DNA from: a candidate division WWE3 bacterium UBA1379
Lineage (GTDB): Bacteria > Patescibacteriota > WWE3 > UBA101185 > UBA10185
Direction of reading: 5' to 3'
DNA: 64,000 nt
Assembly: GCA_002305475.1 (NCBI GenBank)
Contig: DBRB01000003.1
Coordinates: forward strand, 13,360-77,359
In this document: positions 30,477-40,600 of the stretch, in pieces
How the letters are laid out: each line of letters begins with the position of its first letter
How positions within the stretch are numbered: position 1 is the stretch's first letter
Made by a program: the position numbers and the translations under genes
Notes under the pieces: model-generated
What the model was told of the DNA's origin: nothing
Seen by the model: only the letters and a program-made list of their open reading frames with translations
The model's database searches: none

Positions 30477-33111
30477 ATTAAACAATACAAATAAAATATT
30501 CTTCTTTTTTATTATTCTTGTATTTACATTTTTGCTCCAAAACGCCACAAAACAGTTTTATGCTGTTTCTTATGAACTATGTAGACCTGACTGGGAAGAA
30601 TGCAGATGCTGTACTACCGGAGATATTGATGATTTCTTGTGTAGAAATGTTAATTGCTGTGAAGCTTACGATGGAACACCCTGTGATTGTTCCAGGCAAG
30701 TCAGTATACCTGATGGTTGTACAACCTGGGGTACTTCAGCACCAGGATGGACTATACCCACACAAAGATTTCGAACGGAATATATTACTTGTAGGAATGA
30801 TAACGATAGAATGTGTAGAGATAATAATTCGCGAACAGCACGTTATTGTAACATCAACGGGAATGTCATTACTGCTACTGCCAACTATAATTGTACGTTA
30901 AATCCTCATTTAGAAGAACTCAATAGAACAGACGGATATAGAAATATGGACGAAAGACTTTATGAGCCGGATGATACAAGAACTTTTTCCTGTCCAGCAA
31001 ATATAAACGGTTATCTTAAAGTCAGAAGATGGTGGAATAATGCTTCTGCTCCCGCAGGTATGTATGATGCCCAGTATTATACGCCAGCACCTTTTGATAG
31101 ACCTGAGCATATTGCAACAGATCAATGGTGGACAGCACATTATTCAGGATATATTTATATTCCAGCCGGCTGGCGAAGAATACAAGCATGGGGTGCTGAA
31201 GATTGGATTGCAGAATGCCGCCAATTCTGTCAGGGACGCCCTTTTGTAAATTGTGGAACTAATTATAGTGCGTGTGGCTTACCAACTGAAAGATTTACGA
31301 TATATTTGGGTTATAGTAATGTGGATTCGAATACCATAGCCCCATCCGGCCAGATCCTTCCTAACGGAAATATGAGTGGTATGACAAGTATCGAGGTAAC
31401 CGGGGGAAGGAATTATTTTCAGAAATACTTTCAGGAAGGCTGGTATCCTTTACTTATTGATTATCGTCATACTGGTACATATACAAATAGTATTCAGGAA
31501 GTTGATGATGAATCCAGAATGCGAACCAGCACGTCATCTGATGGAAGTACATGGTCTGGATGGGGAGATTTTTCGGCATATCAGTTTAATTCCTGCCAGC
31601 CCGGACCTACCCTGGGACCTGTATGCACAGGTATTACCGGTCCGGCGTCCGTAAACAGAAGCACACCAGCAACATTTACAGCGAATGCCACAGATAGTGA
31701 TACTCCTGCGACTAATCTCCGATACACTTGGTCTGCTACCTGCGGTACAATTACATCTGCAAATCCGCGAACTGGCAATGCAACAATGTCTTGGGGATCA
31801 TCAACCACACCAGGTACCTGTACTATAGGTGCAACCGTCAGCGATGGCACACGCACTGGAGTCTGTCCTTCATTAAATGTGTCGGTTGGAAACAGACCGC
31901 CTGCCACCTGTAATATTTCTGATACTTTTACAGAAATTTATGTGGGTTCATCACGTACTCTGACTATAAATGGTACCGATCCGGATGCTGATCAATTATC
32001 TTATGTCACTTCATTTAATGTTTCACCTCAATGTGGAACTTTAGCTCCGGTTTCTTATTCAACGGTTCCGTCAGGTGCAAATAGGACATTTACGTATACT
32101 GCACCTAATACCAGCAGAAACGGTTGTACTTTGACTGCAACTATTCGTGATCCTTATAACGCTACAAGGACATGTTCATTCAATTTTGATGTGAAAAACA
32201 GAGAGTTTAACTGGTTCATCGGTGTAGACGGTGATATCTTTTCTGGAGATCGTACGGATATGCGTATCGGATTAACTAGCTCAGATAGTTTTTCTACTTC
32301 GTCACGATTTATCGGAAGGGATTATGCCAGTGTCTTTGGGAGGGGTGCATTTGATGTTGTTCGATATCTTTCTAACAATGCTACTCAGAATGCGGAAGTT
32401 GATACGAACAAATCAAATTTTATTGTCAGATATTCGACTGACAATTCCAATAATTATTGGAAAGATTTTCCGGATACGTTTACAGATTCTTCAAGTATTC
32501 CATCATGTAGTGTAAGCGGAGGTATATATATACTTGATGCTGGAGCTGTTTGTAAAATTGGTGTTGGCAATAATGGTTTAGCAGCAAATGTATATCGGGT
32601 TACCGTTCCTGGGTCTGATACTACTGCAAGCAATGATGTTGCATATATTATTGACGTGGGAACATCGGGGGATCTTGTTTTTTCAACCGACTTCAAACCT
32701 GCCGGAAATGGTTATGGACGCGCGGTATTGATTACACAAAGGAATGTGATAATTAGAAAGGATGTAGGTTATGCCAATTGGAATGCGCTGGACTTTAGGT
32801 TTAATATTCCTACCCTTGCACCAGATCTGAATAAGGATATGAAACCTAATATTGCCGCATCGATAATTACTACCGGTAATATTGTAGTTGAATCATCCGG
32901 AGATCCTTCAACAGAAAAGGTATTGTATGTTGATGGGCCATTGGTTGCAAAAGGTAGAATTCAAATGAATCGTTTCCCATACAACAATGCACCGGGTATG
33001 ATTGTCCGTTATCTGCCATGGTACTTAACCAGGATGGCCAATCAGGGCAGTAGTATTATGCTGGATTATGGAATATTAGATTCGGAAATTAAATGGGTTG
33101 GAGAAAATTAA
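30469..33111 (+). CDS. Large secreted Cys-rich protein with a PA14-like region and tandem Ig/PKD-like repeats. It is a candidate adhesin, possibly pilus-associated.
   Basis: A signal peptide (MNRLNNTNKIFFFFIILVFTFLLQNA) and an N-terminal Cys-dense module (CRPDWEECRCCTTGD...CRNVNCCEAYDGTPCDC). A PA14-like stretch is GWYPLLIDYRHTG. Two ~95-aa repeats (...TFTANATDSD... / ...TLTINGTDPDADQ...) are each rich in Thr/Ser/Cys. The track ORF starts at 30448. Confidence 0.55.
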   Translation: MNRLNNTNKIFFFFIILVFTFLLQNATKQFYAVSYELCRPDWEECRCCTTGDIDDFLCRNVNCCEAYDGTPCDCSRQVSIPDGCTTWGTSAPGWTIPTQRFRTEYITCRNDNDRMCRDNNSRTARYCNINGNVITATANYNCTLNPHLEELNRTDGYRNMDERLYEPDDTRTFSCPANINGYLKVRRWWNNASAPAGMYDAQYYTPAPFDRPEHIATDQWWTAHYSGYIYIPAGWRRIQAWGAEDWIAECRQFCQGRPFVNCGTNYSACGLPTERFTIYLGYSNVDSNTIAPSGQILPNGNMSGMTSIEVTGGRNYFQKYFQEGWYPLLIDYRHTGTYTNSIQEVDDESRMRTSTSSDGSTWSGWGDFSAYQFNSCQPGPTLGPVCTGITGPASVNRSTPATFTANATDSDTPATNLRYTWSATCGTITSANPRTGNATMSWGSSTTPGTCTIGATVSDGTRTGVCPSLNVSVGNRPPATCNISDTFTEIYVGSSRTLTINGTDPDADQLSYVTSFNVSPQCGTLAPVSYSTVPSGANRTFTYTAPNTSRNGCTLTATIRDPYNATRTCSFNFDVKNREFNWFIGVDGDIFSGDRTDMRIGLTSSDSFSTSSRFIGRDYASVFGRGAFDVVRYLSNNATQNAEVDTNKSNFIVRYSTDNSNNYWKDFPDTFTDSSSIPSCSVSGGIYILDAGAVCKIGVGNNGLAANVYRVTVPGSDTTASNDVAYIIDVGTSGDLVFSTDFKPAGNGYGRAVLITQRNVIIRKDVGYANWNALDFRFNIPTLAPDLNKDMKPNIAASIITTGNIVVESSGDPSTEKVLYVDGPLVAKGRIQMNRFPYNNAPGMIVRYLPWYLTRMANQGSSIMLDYGILDSEIKWVGEN

Positions 33112-34166
33112 CTAATATGAGTAAATATATTTATAAAAATGATAATAGATTTAAGAAGGGTCAGGCTCTTTTATTGGTGGTAGTAGCCATGACTGTAGCT
33201 TTAGCATTAGGCGTAAACGTATCCGTCAGAACTATATCCAACCTGTCACGTACAACAAGAAGCGATACCGCTTCAAGAGTTCTATCTGCTGCGGAAGCAG
33301 GCGCTGAGCGTTTTCTTTCTCTTGCAGCAGCAGATTTAGAAACTGCCGCCGGCGGAGATATCACATCAGCTTGTAATAAAGTCAATGGGACATCGTCACC
33401 AGACAAAAGTAAATGTACACTTCAGTTCGTAGGTGCAGATGATGTCAATGTAGTTGTAGATGTAAGTGTAGGTAGAGGAGGGCAGGATGAATATACATTT
33501 ATTCTTGAACAGGATACCACCACGGAGGTTCGTGTTAATCAGAACCCAGGTGATGGCGGATACAGATTTGCGAAAGTGTGCTGGAAAAGTATTAACCCTT
33601 CTTATAGAACAGATTTGTACTTAGTAACTTTGGGTACTACTAATACTGATGGAACTCATAGGGTATTAGGTAAACGCGTGCTAAGGCAATCATCAACTAA
33701 TCCATACAAGCCAGGAATGAGTAGTTATTCCTTAGTATCATCTGGGGGTACCGGTCAAATAATTAGTGCAGATTACTCGTCTTCTGATAGTGCTTACTGT
33801 AAAACTTTAGTTACACTTAAAGATGTTGCTGCAGATACAATACGAGCAGTGCGGTTTAGGGCTATTGGAGGAGATGCGGAAGTAACAATAACGGATGTCG
33901 GACGTTTGCCTGCTCAGGGATATACAATTACCGCATTAGGAACTTTATCTCAACCAGGCGGTAATATCATCAGAGAAGTTGAAGTATTCAAATCATATCC
34001 ATATCCCTCAGGTATCTTTGATTTTTCGATATTTTCGGGATCTGGTGGTTGGATAAATCACACCGGACAAACTCCCCCTCCTCCGGTTACACCATTTCCT
34101 ACACCTAGAAATGCCATTCCATTACCGTCGGTACCAACAGTCACTCCTACCCATTCAACTAGTTAA
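33093..34166 (+). CDS. PilX-N/GspK-like pilus-associated protein (paralog 1).
   Basis: The N-terminus KKGQALLLVVVAMTVALALGVNVSVRTISNL...AEAGAERFLSL matches the PilX_N pattern. It is paralogous to 44291..45094, which carries AEAGAERLLIR. Confidence 0.55.
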   Translation: MGWRKLTNMSKYIYKNDNRFKKGQALLLVVVAMTVALALGVNVSVRTISNLSRTTRSDTASRVLSAAEAGAERFLSLAAADLETAAGGDITSACNKVNGTSSPDKSKCTLQFVGADDVNVVVDVSVGRGGQDEYTFILEQDTTTEVRVNQNPGDGGYRFAKVCWKSINPSYRTDLYLVTLGTTNTDGTHRVLGKRVLRQSSTNPYKPGMSSYSLVSSGGTGQIISADYSSSDSAYCKTLVTLKDVAADTIRAVRFRAIGGDAEVTITDVGRLPAQGYTITALGTLSQPGGNIIREVEVFKSYPYPSGIFDFSIFSGSGGWINHTGQTPPPPVTPFPTPRNAIPLPSVPTVTPTHSTS

Positions 34167-34200
34167 AGTAAAATAAATGGAAATATAAATATTACTTTAG

Positions 34201-34845
34201 TTAATGTAAGTTTATTATCAATGTTTCCAAGGCGAGTCTTGTATTGATATTAGTTTTTGATAAGTCGTCTGAAATCCTTGTGATTAACGCTATGTTATTT
34301 ACAGCCCTATCATTGATAAGTAAATGTGATCTTTCTATGCTGATCCATTGATCCAGCATATCCAGAATAACCTCTTTTTCTTCCTTGGCTGTCTCCTGTG
34401 CCCAGCTGAATTTCTCCTCAAAACTCATATATTTGACCTTCTCATATAATTTACTGTCTTCTGAGGTAAATGTGCTATCTGTCATCTTTATATCTTTCAG
34501 TATGCATCTGGACTGTATGGTTTCAAGCAGTGCATTTAATGTGGGAGTGCAAATTATAAAAGAGACATAAGAAGGGAGTTCTTCCAGAGTTTTTAATAAG
34601 GCATTCTGAGCATCTTTTGTCATTTTCTCTCCGTTTGTGATTATTATCCCCTTTTTCTTACCGATTATGGGCTTGTTTGCTGTGAATTTTATTGCTTCCC
34701 TTATTTGTTCAATTCCTATACTATTTTTATCTTTGGGAACATTGATTTGAAGATACTCTTCATCCTCTACTTCATCCGTGTATTCTTTAACCTTTGCTTT
34801 TCGTTCTTTTAATGTACCTCCGTACAGGATAACTGGACCGTTCAT
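34201..34845 (-). CDS. holB: DNA polymerase III delta-prime subunit-like (HolB-like, short form).
   Basis: QNALLKTLEELPSYVSFIICTPTLNALLETIQSRC corresponds to the clamp-loader QNALLKTLEEPP...SRC motif. The protein is 214 aa. Confidence 0.6.
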   Translation of the reverse strand: MNGPVILYGGTLKERKAKVKEYTDEVEDEEYLQINVPKDKNSIGIEQIREAIKFTANKPIIGKKKGIIITNGEKMTKDAQNALLKTLEELPSYVSFIICTPTLNALLETIQSRCILKDIKMTDSTFTSEDSKLYEKVKYMSFEEKFSWAQETAKEEKEVILDMLDQWISIERSHLLINDRAVNNIALITRISDDLSKTNINTRLALETLIINLH

Positions 34846-34934
34846 AATCTAGAAACTATCTTCAACCATGTTTCTTGTCAATACTTTGTATGATATTATT
34901 TTCATAGCATGTGAAGTAAAAACATGCTGATGAT

Positions 34935-34950
34935 TCTCACAATTGTGAGA
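34935..34950. promoter_or_regulatory. Perfect 16-bp palindrome TCTCACAATTGTGAGA, 8 bp upstream of the pilB start codon. It is a candidate operator.
   Basis: Perfect dyad symmetry. The half-site AATTGTGAG resembles the lac-type operator half-site AATTGTGAGC. It overlaps the RBS region of the first pilus gene. Confidence 0.5.
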
Positions 34951-34957
34951 CCTGCCT

Positions 34958-36721
34958 ATGTTTAAAGTAGATACAAATACAAGAGGAATTGAAGAGGTAC
35001 TTTATGATAAGAAACTTATTACCTCCGATCAGTTATCCGCAATAAAATTTGAGCATGTAAATACCGGAAAAAGCATTGAATCTATTATTAAAGAGAGGGC
35101 TTATGTCAGTAATGATGATTTTGTAAAAGCATTGGGAGAGGCTTATGGTTTTGATTATGCTCCCCTTTCAGAAGAACAGGTCGATTCGAATCTTTTGGAC
35201 CTCATTCCATTAAGCTCAGCTAAAAAATACAATGTAGTGCCATTTAATTTAAATGGTAATAATCTGGCTGTGGCGATGGTTGATCCGCTTGATTTGCAGA
35301 CCATTGAATTTATTGAAAGAAAAACCGGGTATAAAGTAGTCCCCTTTATTACTACAGAAAAAAATATCGAACGAATTCTTGAAGAGCAGAAAGGTAAAGC
35401 AATCGGCGAAGAAATCAGTGCTGCAATGGAAGAAATCAGTCAGACCACTTTAAAACTTGATGAAACCTCAGGTGAACTTACTGATGCCACTATCCGTGAT
35501 GCTCCTATTGCCAGAATTGTGGGAATGATTCTGGAGACAGCGGTAAAAACTGGAGCATCTGATGTGCATTTGGAGCCGGGTGAAGATGTATCCAGACTCA
35601 GATATAGAGTAGACGGTATTCTGGAAGAAAAAAGAAAACTTCCTAAGGAGATGCATGATTCCATAGTTGCCCGTATTAAAATTCTGGGTAAGATGAAGAT
35701 TGATGAAAAGCGTTTACCTTTGGACGGTCGATTTAAAGTACAGGTTGGAAATACTTCAACCGATCTTAGAATTTCAACTCTTCCTACCATATATGGGGAA
35801 AAAGTTGTGATCAGATTATTAAAAGAAGAAGGAGCGGCCTTCTCATTTAAAGATCTAGGATTAAGGGGTCTATCTTTAAAACGTCTGGAGGAAGCAATTC
35901 TAAAACCAAACGGTATGGTGCTGGTAACCGGACCTACCGGATCTGGTAAGACTGTTACACTGGCTTCCGCATTAAGTAAATTAAATACCATCAGAGTGAA
36001 TATTGTTACTCTTGAAGATCCGGTGGAAATTCGTGTTCCGGGTGTAAATCAGGTGCAAATCAATCCTCAGGCAGGTTTAACATTTGCCACAGGGCTTAGA
36101 GCTTTTCTTAGACAAGATCCTAACATCATCATGGTTGGTGAGGTCAGAGACGGTGAAACTGCTGAGCTGGCTATTCATGCGGCTTTAACAGGTCACCTGG
36201 TTTTGTCCACTTTGCATACCAACTCTGCATCAGGTGCTTTACCTCGACTTTTAGATATGGGTGCGGAAAACTTTTTGCTGGCTTCCACGGTTAATGTGGT
36301 GGTTGCCCAAAGACTTGTGCGTAAAGTATGCAGCAACTGTGCTGAAGAATACGATCCTCCGGAGGAAGTTGTACAGGATATCAAAAGAGTGGTATCAGGT
36401 ATATCCAATGCCATGCTGGCACAGAATAAAGATCCGGATATTATGAAAGCCGTGAAGAAATCCCAGGAAAACAAAATCACTTTGAAAAAAGGCACGGGTT
36501 GTGACAAGTGTGCCAATACCGGATACAAAGGACGACTTGGAATATTTGAAGTATTAAATATATCCAATGAGATTTCACATATGACGCTAGAAAATGCACC
36601 CGCAGCAAAAATAGAAGCTATTGCTGTTGAGCAGGGCATGATAACATTAATGCAGGATGGTTATCTGAGAGTGTTGGAAGGCGCAACAACACTTGAAGAA
36701 GTACTTAGAGTCGCCAAATAA
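34958..36721 (+). CDS. pilB: Type IV pilus assembly ATPase PilB (GspE family).
   Basis: An N-terminal T2SSE_N domain, Walker A VTGPTGSGKTVT, Asp/His boxes, Walker B IIMVGEVRD, and the tetracysteine motif CSNCAEEY...CDKCANTGYKGR. Confidence 0.9.
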   Translation: MFKVDTNTRGIEEVLYDKKLITSDQLSAIKFEHVNTGKSIESIIKERAYVSNDDFVKALGEAYGFDYAPLSEEQVDSNLLDLIPLSSAKKYNVVPFNLNGNNLAVAMVDPLDLQTIEFIERKTGYKVVPFITTEKNIERILEEQKGKAIGEEISAAMEEISQTTLKLDETSGELTDATIRDAPIARIVGMILETAVKTGASDVHLEPGEDVSRLRYRVDGILEEKRKLPKEMHDSIVARIKILGKMKIDEKRLPLDGRFKVQVGNTSTDLRISTLPTIYGEKVVIRLLKEEGAAFSFKDLGLRGLSLKRLEEAILKPNGMVLVTGPTGSGKTVTLASALSKLNTIRVNIVTLEDPVEIRVPGVNQVQINPQAGLTFATGLRAFLRQDPNIIMVGEVRDGETAELAIHAALTGHLVLSTLHTNSASGALPRLLDMGAENFLLASTVNVVVAQRLVRKVCSNCAEEYDPPEEVVQDIKRVVSGISNAMLAQNKDPDIMKAVKKSQENKITLKKGTGCDKCANTGYKGRLGIFEVLNISNEISHMTLENAPAAKIEAIAVEQGMITLMQDGYLRVLEGATTLEEVLRVAK

Positions 36722-36732
36722 TTACTGCCTAT

Positions 36733-37821
36733 ATGAGATTAGATGCAACACAAATATTGGAGCAAGTTGTAAGTAATAATGCATCAGATTTGCATTTATG
36801 CGTTGGAGTTTCTCCGCATATCAGGGTGAATACAGTACTCAGCCCTCTTGCTGATTATCCCCCATCGACAACGGAAGATATTGAATATTTCCTCAGTCAG
36901 GTTCTTGATGAAGATCAAAAATCCTTGTATGAAATTAATCGTGAGTTGGATTTTTCCATTGCCTTAGGTAATAAAGCACGTTTCAGAGTAAATGCCTTTT
37001 ATCAAAGAGGATACCCCTCGGTTGCCCTGCGTTCCATTCCCATGACAATACCTACTTTGGAGGACCTTAATTTACCGGAGATACTCGGAAAACTTTGTGA
37101 TCTTAAGCAGGGGTTGATATTGGTTGTCGGACCTACCGGGCATGGTAAATCCACAACCATTGCATCTATGATAGATAAAATCAACAACAGCAGGGCGGAA
37201 CATATCATAACAGTGGAAGATCCTATAGAATATGTGTATACAAATAAATCATCATTTATTGAACAAAGAGAAATGTATATTGATACTCATGATTGGGATA
37301 TTGCATTAAAATCAGTTCTTAGACAGGATCCTAACATCGTGATGATCGGAGAAATGCGGGATATTGAAACAATGACAGCCGCACTTCAGGTTTCTGAAAC
37401 CGGTCACCTGGTTTTTGCAACACTTCATACAAACTCAGCTGCCCAAACCGTAGAAAGAATTATTAACTCATTTCCGGAAGGATCAAAAGCCCAGGTACGA
37501 CTTCAGCTTGCCCAGGTATTAGAAGTGATCATTTCACAAAGACTACTCCCCTCCTCTACCAAAGGTATGGTTCCTGCGGTAGAAATAATGCTGGCAACCG
37601 ATGCAATCCGTAATCTGATTCGGGAAAACAAGACGCACATGATTGATAATACAATCCGAACCAGCATGTCGGTGGGTATGCAGCCGATTGAACGAGGTCT
37701 GGCACTTCTGGTGGAAAAAGGCTGGGTGGATGTATCTGATGCAATGAAATATGCCATTCTTCCGGATGAATTGGCAAGACTTTTAAAAAATTCAAAGTAT
37801 GTGAAACCTGAAAAACGCTAA
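36733..37821 (+). CDS. pilT: Type IV pilus retraction ATPase PilT.
   Basis: Walker A VVGPTGHGKSTT and the block IVMIGEMRDIETMTAALQVSETGHLVFATLHTNSAAQTVERII; a 362-aa protein typical of PilT. Confidence 0.9.
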   Translation: MRLDATQILEQVVSNNASDLHLCVGVSPHIRVNTVLSPLADYPPSTTEDIEYFLSQVLDEDQKSLYEINRELDFSIALGNKARFRVNAFYQRGYPSVALRSIPMTIPTLEDLNLPEILGKLCDLKQGLILVVGPTGHGKSTTIASMIDKINNSRAEHIITVEDPIEYVYTNKSSFIEQREMYIDTHDWDIALKSVLRQDPNIVMIGEMRDIETMTAALQVSETGHLVFATLHTNSAAQTVERIINSFPEGSKAQVRLQLAQVLEVIISQRLLPSSTKGMVPAVEIMLATDAIRNLIRENKTHMIDNTIRTSMSVGMQPIERGLALLVEKGWVDVSDAMKYAILPDELARLLKNSKYVKPEKR

Positions 37822-37825
37822 GCCT

Positions 37826-39028
37826 ATGCCTTTGTTTAAGTATACAGCAACAGATACCAACGGGAATAGAAAAGAAGGAACCGTAGACGCGCGTTCTGAA
37901 GAACTAGCTGTATCTCTTCTAAAATCTCAGGGCTTTTTTGTCATAAATGTAGCAGAACAGAAAAGCGGTATTTTAGGATCAATTTCGGCAGTCAGAGGAA
38001 TTTCCGAAAGTGAAATAGTGGCTTTTACCAGACAGTTTTCCACCATGATTTCAGCTGGTCTTCCGATATCAAGAGCATTAGATGTTTTGGCGGAACAGTC
38101 TCCAAATAAAAATTTCAGGATTATGATGGGAAGTATATTGCGAGATGTTGAGGGTGGTTCTCCTTTATCCGCATCAATGGGACGTTATCCTAAGTATTTC
38201 AACCCTACCTACCAGGCATTAGTCAGAGCCGGAGAATCCTCAGGTAAACTTGATGAAATTCTTAAACGATTAGCTGCTACTATGGAAGCAAATCGGGAGC
38301 TTAAAGCTAAGTTCAAAACCGCCATGATCTATCCCACTATCGTCATGATTGCGATGGTAGGTGTGTTTTTCCTTTTGATGTTTACCGTTGTTCCAAAGTT
38401 GGCGGAAATGTATGAAAGCTTAAACATTGATCTTCCTCTGCCTACAAAAATAATGATCGCAATTTCCGATTTCATGGTTCACCGTTTTTATATTATGGCT
38501 TTGGTAATTGCAGGAGTAGTGTATTTAGTCAAAAGTTTTTTGAAGACGGAAACTGGCCGTGGATATATATCACGTTTAATGTTTTCCCTACCGGTTTTCG
38601 GACGTTTAAACAGATTAAGAGATATCACTCAGTTTTCCAGAACCTTAGGTCTTTTAATAGGTTCTGCGATTCCTATAGTTGAAGCATTAAAGATTGTATC
38701 TAATGTGGTAGCCAATGATTATTACAAAGATGCTGCTTTGTCCGCAGCAACAGTTGTGGAAAAAGGAGGAGCTTTATCCGAATATTTTAAACGTAATAAA
38801 GAATTCCCTCCTCTTCTGGGACAGATGGTAGGTGTGGGAGAAGAAACCGGTCAGCTGGATGAAGTATTGGAAAAAGTTGCAAATTATTTCAACAGTGAAG
38901 TAGACCATGCAATTGAAGGTTTATCAGCTTCACTTGAACCATTTATCCTTATCTTTTTGGGGAGTATGGTAGGTCTTCTTATTGTTTCGATTATTACGCC
39001 TATTTATAAGATTACAACATCTATTTGA
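37826..39028 (+). CDS. pilC: Type IV pilus inner-membrane platform protein PilC (GspF family).
   Basis: Two GspF repeats (FTRQFSTMISAGLPISRALDVL... and FSRTLGLLIGSAIPIVEALKIV...) and three TM segments. Confidence 0.9.
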   Translation: MPLFKYTATDTNGNRKEGTVDARSEELAVSLLKSQGFFVINVAEQKSGILGSISAVRGISESEIVAFTRQFSTMISAGLPISRALDVLAEQSPNKNFRIMMGSILRDVEGGSPLSASMGRYPKYFNPTYQALVRAGESSGKLDEILKRLAATMEANRELKAKFKTAMIYPTIVMIAMVGVFFLLMFTVVPKLAEMYESLNIDLPLPTKIMIAISDFMVHRFYIMALVIAGVVYLVKSFLKTETGRGYISRLMFSLPVFGRLNRLRDITQFSRTLGLLIGSAIPIVEALKIVSNVVANDYYKDAALSAATVVEKGGALSEYFKRNKEFPPLLGQMVGVGEETGQLDEVLEKVANYFNSEVDHAIEGLSASLEPFILIFLGSMVGLLIVSIITPIYKITTSI

Positions 39029-39074
39029 TGTCATCGGTGTGCAAAAGTATATTAAAGCACCTATAATATTTAAT

Positions 39075-39599
39075 ATGAACTCGAAAAACTTCCTCAGAAG
39101 AAGAAATAAATATACAGTCGGATTCACACTTCTTGAATTAATATTAGTTATGGCAGTTATTTCTATATTATCCGGATTGTTGATTGCGGTTATCAATCCC
39201 AGGGAAATAATGGCGAAAGGCCGTGACGCTCGCAGAATGACCAATTTGGATGTTATTCATAAAGCAATATCACTGGGACTTACGGAAGAAGAAATCAATT
39301 TGGTGGCAACCGGATCGTGCTCAGACTGTTCAAGTGCTACAGGTTCTCAGGCAGTGGACGGTACAGGATGGGTAAAATTTACTATCCCGACAGGTAAAAC
39401 AGGACTATCAAGATACATTCCGGCACTACCTCTTGATCCCAAAAACTCGGAGGGTAATATTTATACCTTTGGTTCTACTGCAACATCTTATGAGTTGAAT
39501 GCCATTCTGGAGGCAGAGGATAATGCAAGTATTATGAGTACGGACGGCGGAGATGATGTAAATGTGTACGAGGTAGGCACTTCTTTGAGTATCTTATGA
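39075..39599 (+). CDS. Type IV pilin/prepilin with a class III signal. The start is refined to MNSKNF; the track ORF begins at 38982.
   Basis: MNSKNFLRRRNKYTVG|FTLLELILVMAVISILSGLLIAVI has Gly at -1, Phe at +1 and Glu at +5. There is a C-terminal Cys pair (CSDCSSA). Confidence 0.8.
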   Translation: MNSKNFLRRRNKYTVGFTLLELILVMAVISILSGLLIAVINPREIMAKGRDARRMTNLDVIHKAISLGLTEEEINLVATGSCSDCSSATGSQAVDGTGWVKFTIPTGKTGLSRYIPALPLDPKNSEGNIYTFGSTATSYELNAILEAEDNASIMSTDGGDDVNVYEVGTSLSIL

Positions 39600-40477
39600 T
39601 CTTCATTTTTTACTATATTCTTTTGTTTATTCTGGGGTTATTTGTCGGATCTTTTTTAAATGTTATAGCAGACCGTTCCATCGTTGATGAAACTTTTATT
39701 AAAGGACGTTCCAGATGCGATAACTGTAAAAAAACATTATCGGCAAAGGATCTTATCCCGGTATTCTCATATCTGTTTTTGCAAGGAAAGTGCAGATATT
39801 GCAAGATAAAGTTATCAATCTGGTATCCGCTGGCGGAAATAATGACAGGAATTTTATTTACAGGATCGGCTTATATTTCACAGGTATTTACGGATTTTTC
39901 AATTCATTCTCTTTTTCTGTTCATATTTCTGATTACGGTATCAAGTTTTTATATGATACTGTTTCTCAGTGATGCCAAATACAAACTGATTCCTTCCAAT
40001 GTAATATATACATCAATCATTGCGGTATTTATATTTTTAATAATCATCCAGGGGTATACCCTATTTTCCACATACAGAAGTTTGAAAATTGATGAGTTTG
40101 GACAATACTTAATAAAAGCAGGGTATTTTAATGCTCAACTGATTGAAAGTGCAAAGTATTTTGGAATATTGCTGGCTAGTTCTTTAGGCTTGGGTGCTTT
40201 TTTTTGGTTTCTGGTATGGATAACCAGAGGAAAAGGTATGGGAGATGGAGATATAACACTTGCTGTACTTATCGGGCTTGTGAATGGTTTTCCTAATAAT
40301 ATTTTGGCAATATTTTTAGGATTTTTATTCGGAGCAGTGTTTTCCCTTCCCCTGGTTTTATTTAAAACAAAAGGTTTAAAAGATACCATTGCATTCGGCC
40401 CGTTTTTGTTAATCGGCAGTGCTGTAGCGTTTATCTGGGGATCGAGAATTCTTGATTGGTATCTACAGTATCTTTAG
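39596..40477 (+). CDS. pilD: Prepilin peptidase / N-methyltransferase PilD (A24 family).
   Basis: An N-terminal Zn-binding motif CDNCKKTL...CRYCKIK, catalytic Asp motifs including GMGDGDITL, and multiple TM helices. Confidence 0.9.
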   Translation: MIFIFYYILLFILGLFVGSFLNVIADRSIVDETFIKGRSRCDNCKKTLSAKDLIPVFSYLFLQGKCRYCKIKLSIWYPLAEIMTGILFTGSAYISQVFTDFSIHSLFLFIFLITVSSFYMILFLSDAKYKLIPSNVIYTSIIAVFIFLIIIQGYTLFSTYRSLKIDEFGQYLIKAGYFNAQLIESAKYFGILLASSLGLGAFFWFLVWITRGKGMGDGDITLAVLIGLVNGFPNNILAIFLGFLFGAVFSLPLVLFKTKGLKDTIAFGPFLLIGSAVAFIWGSRILDWYLQYL

Positions 40478-40600
40478 TAACGTCCTTGACAGTGTATCTG
40501 AACTGAATCATACTTAATGTATAAAAGTTATTACCTGCCCATGGAAAATATAAATCAAATAGGAAAATTGAATATAAAGAAGAAAGGGGGTGTAGAGAAT

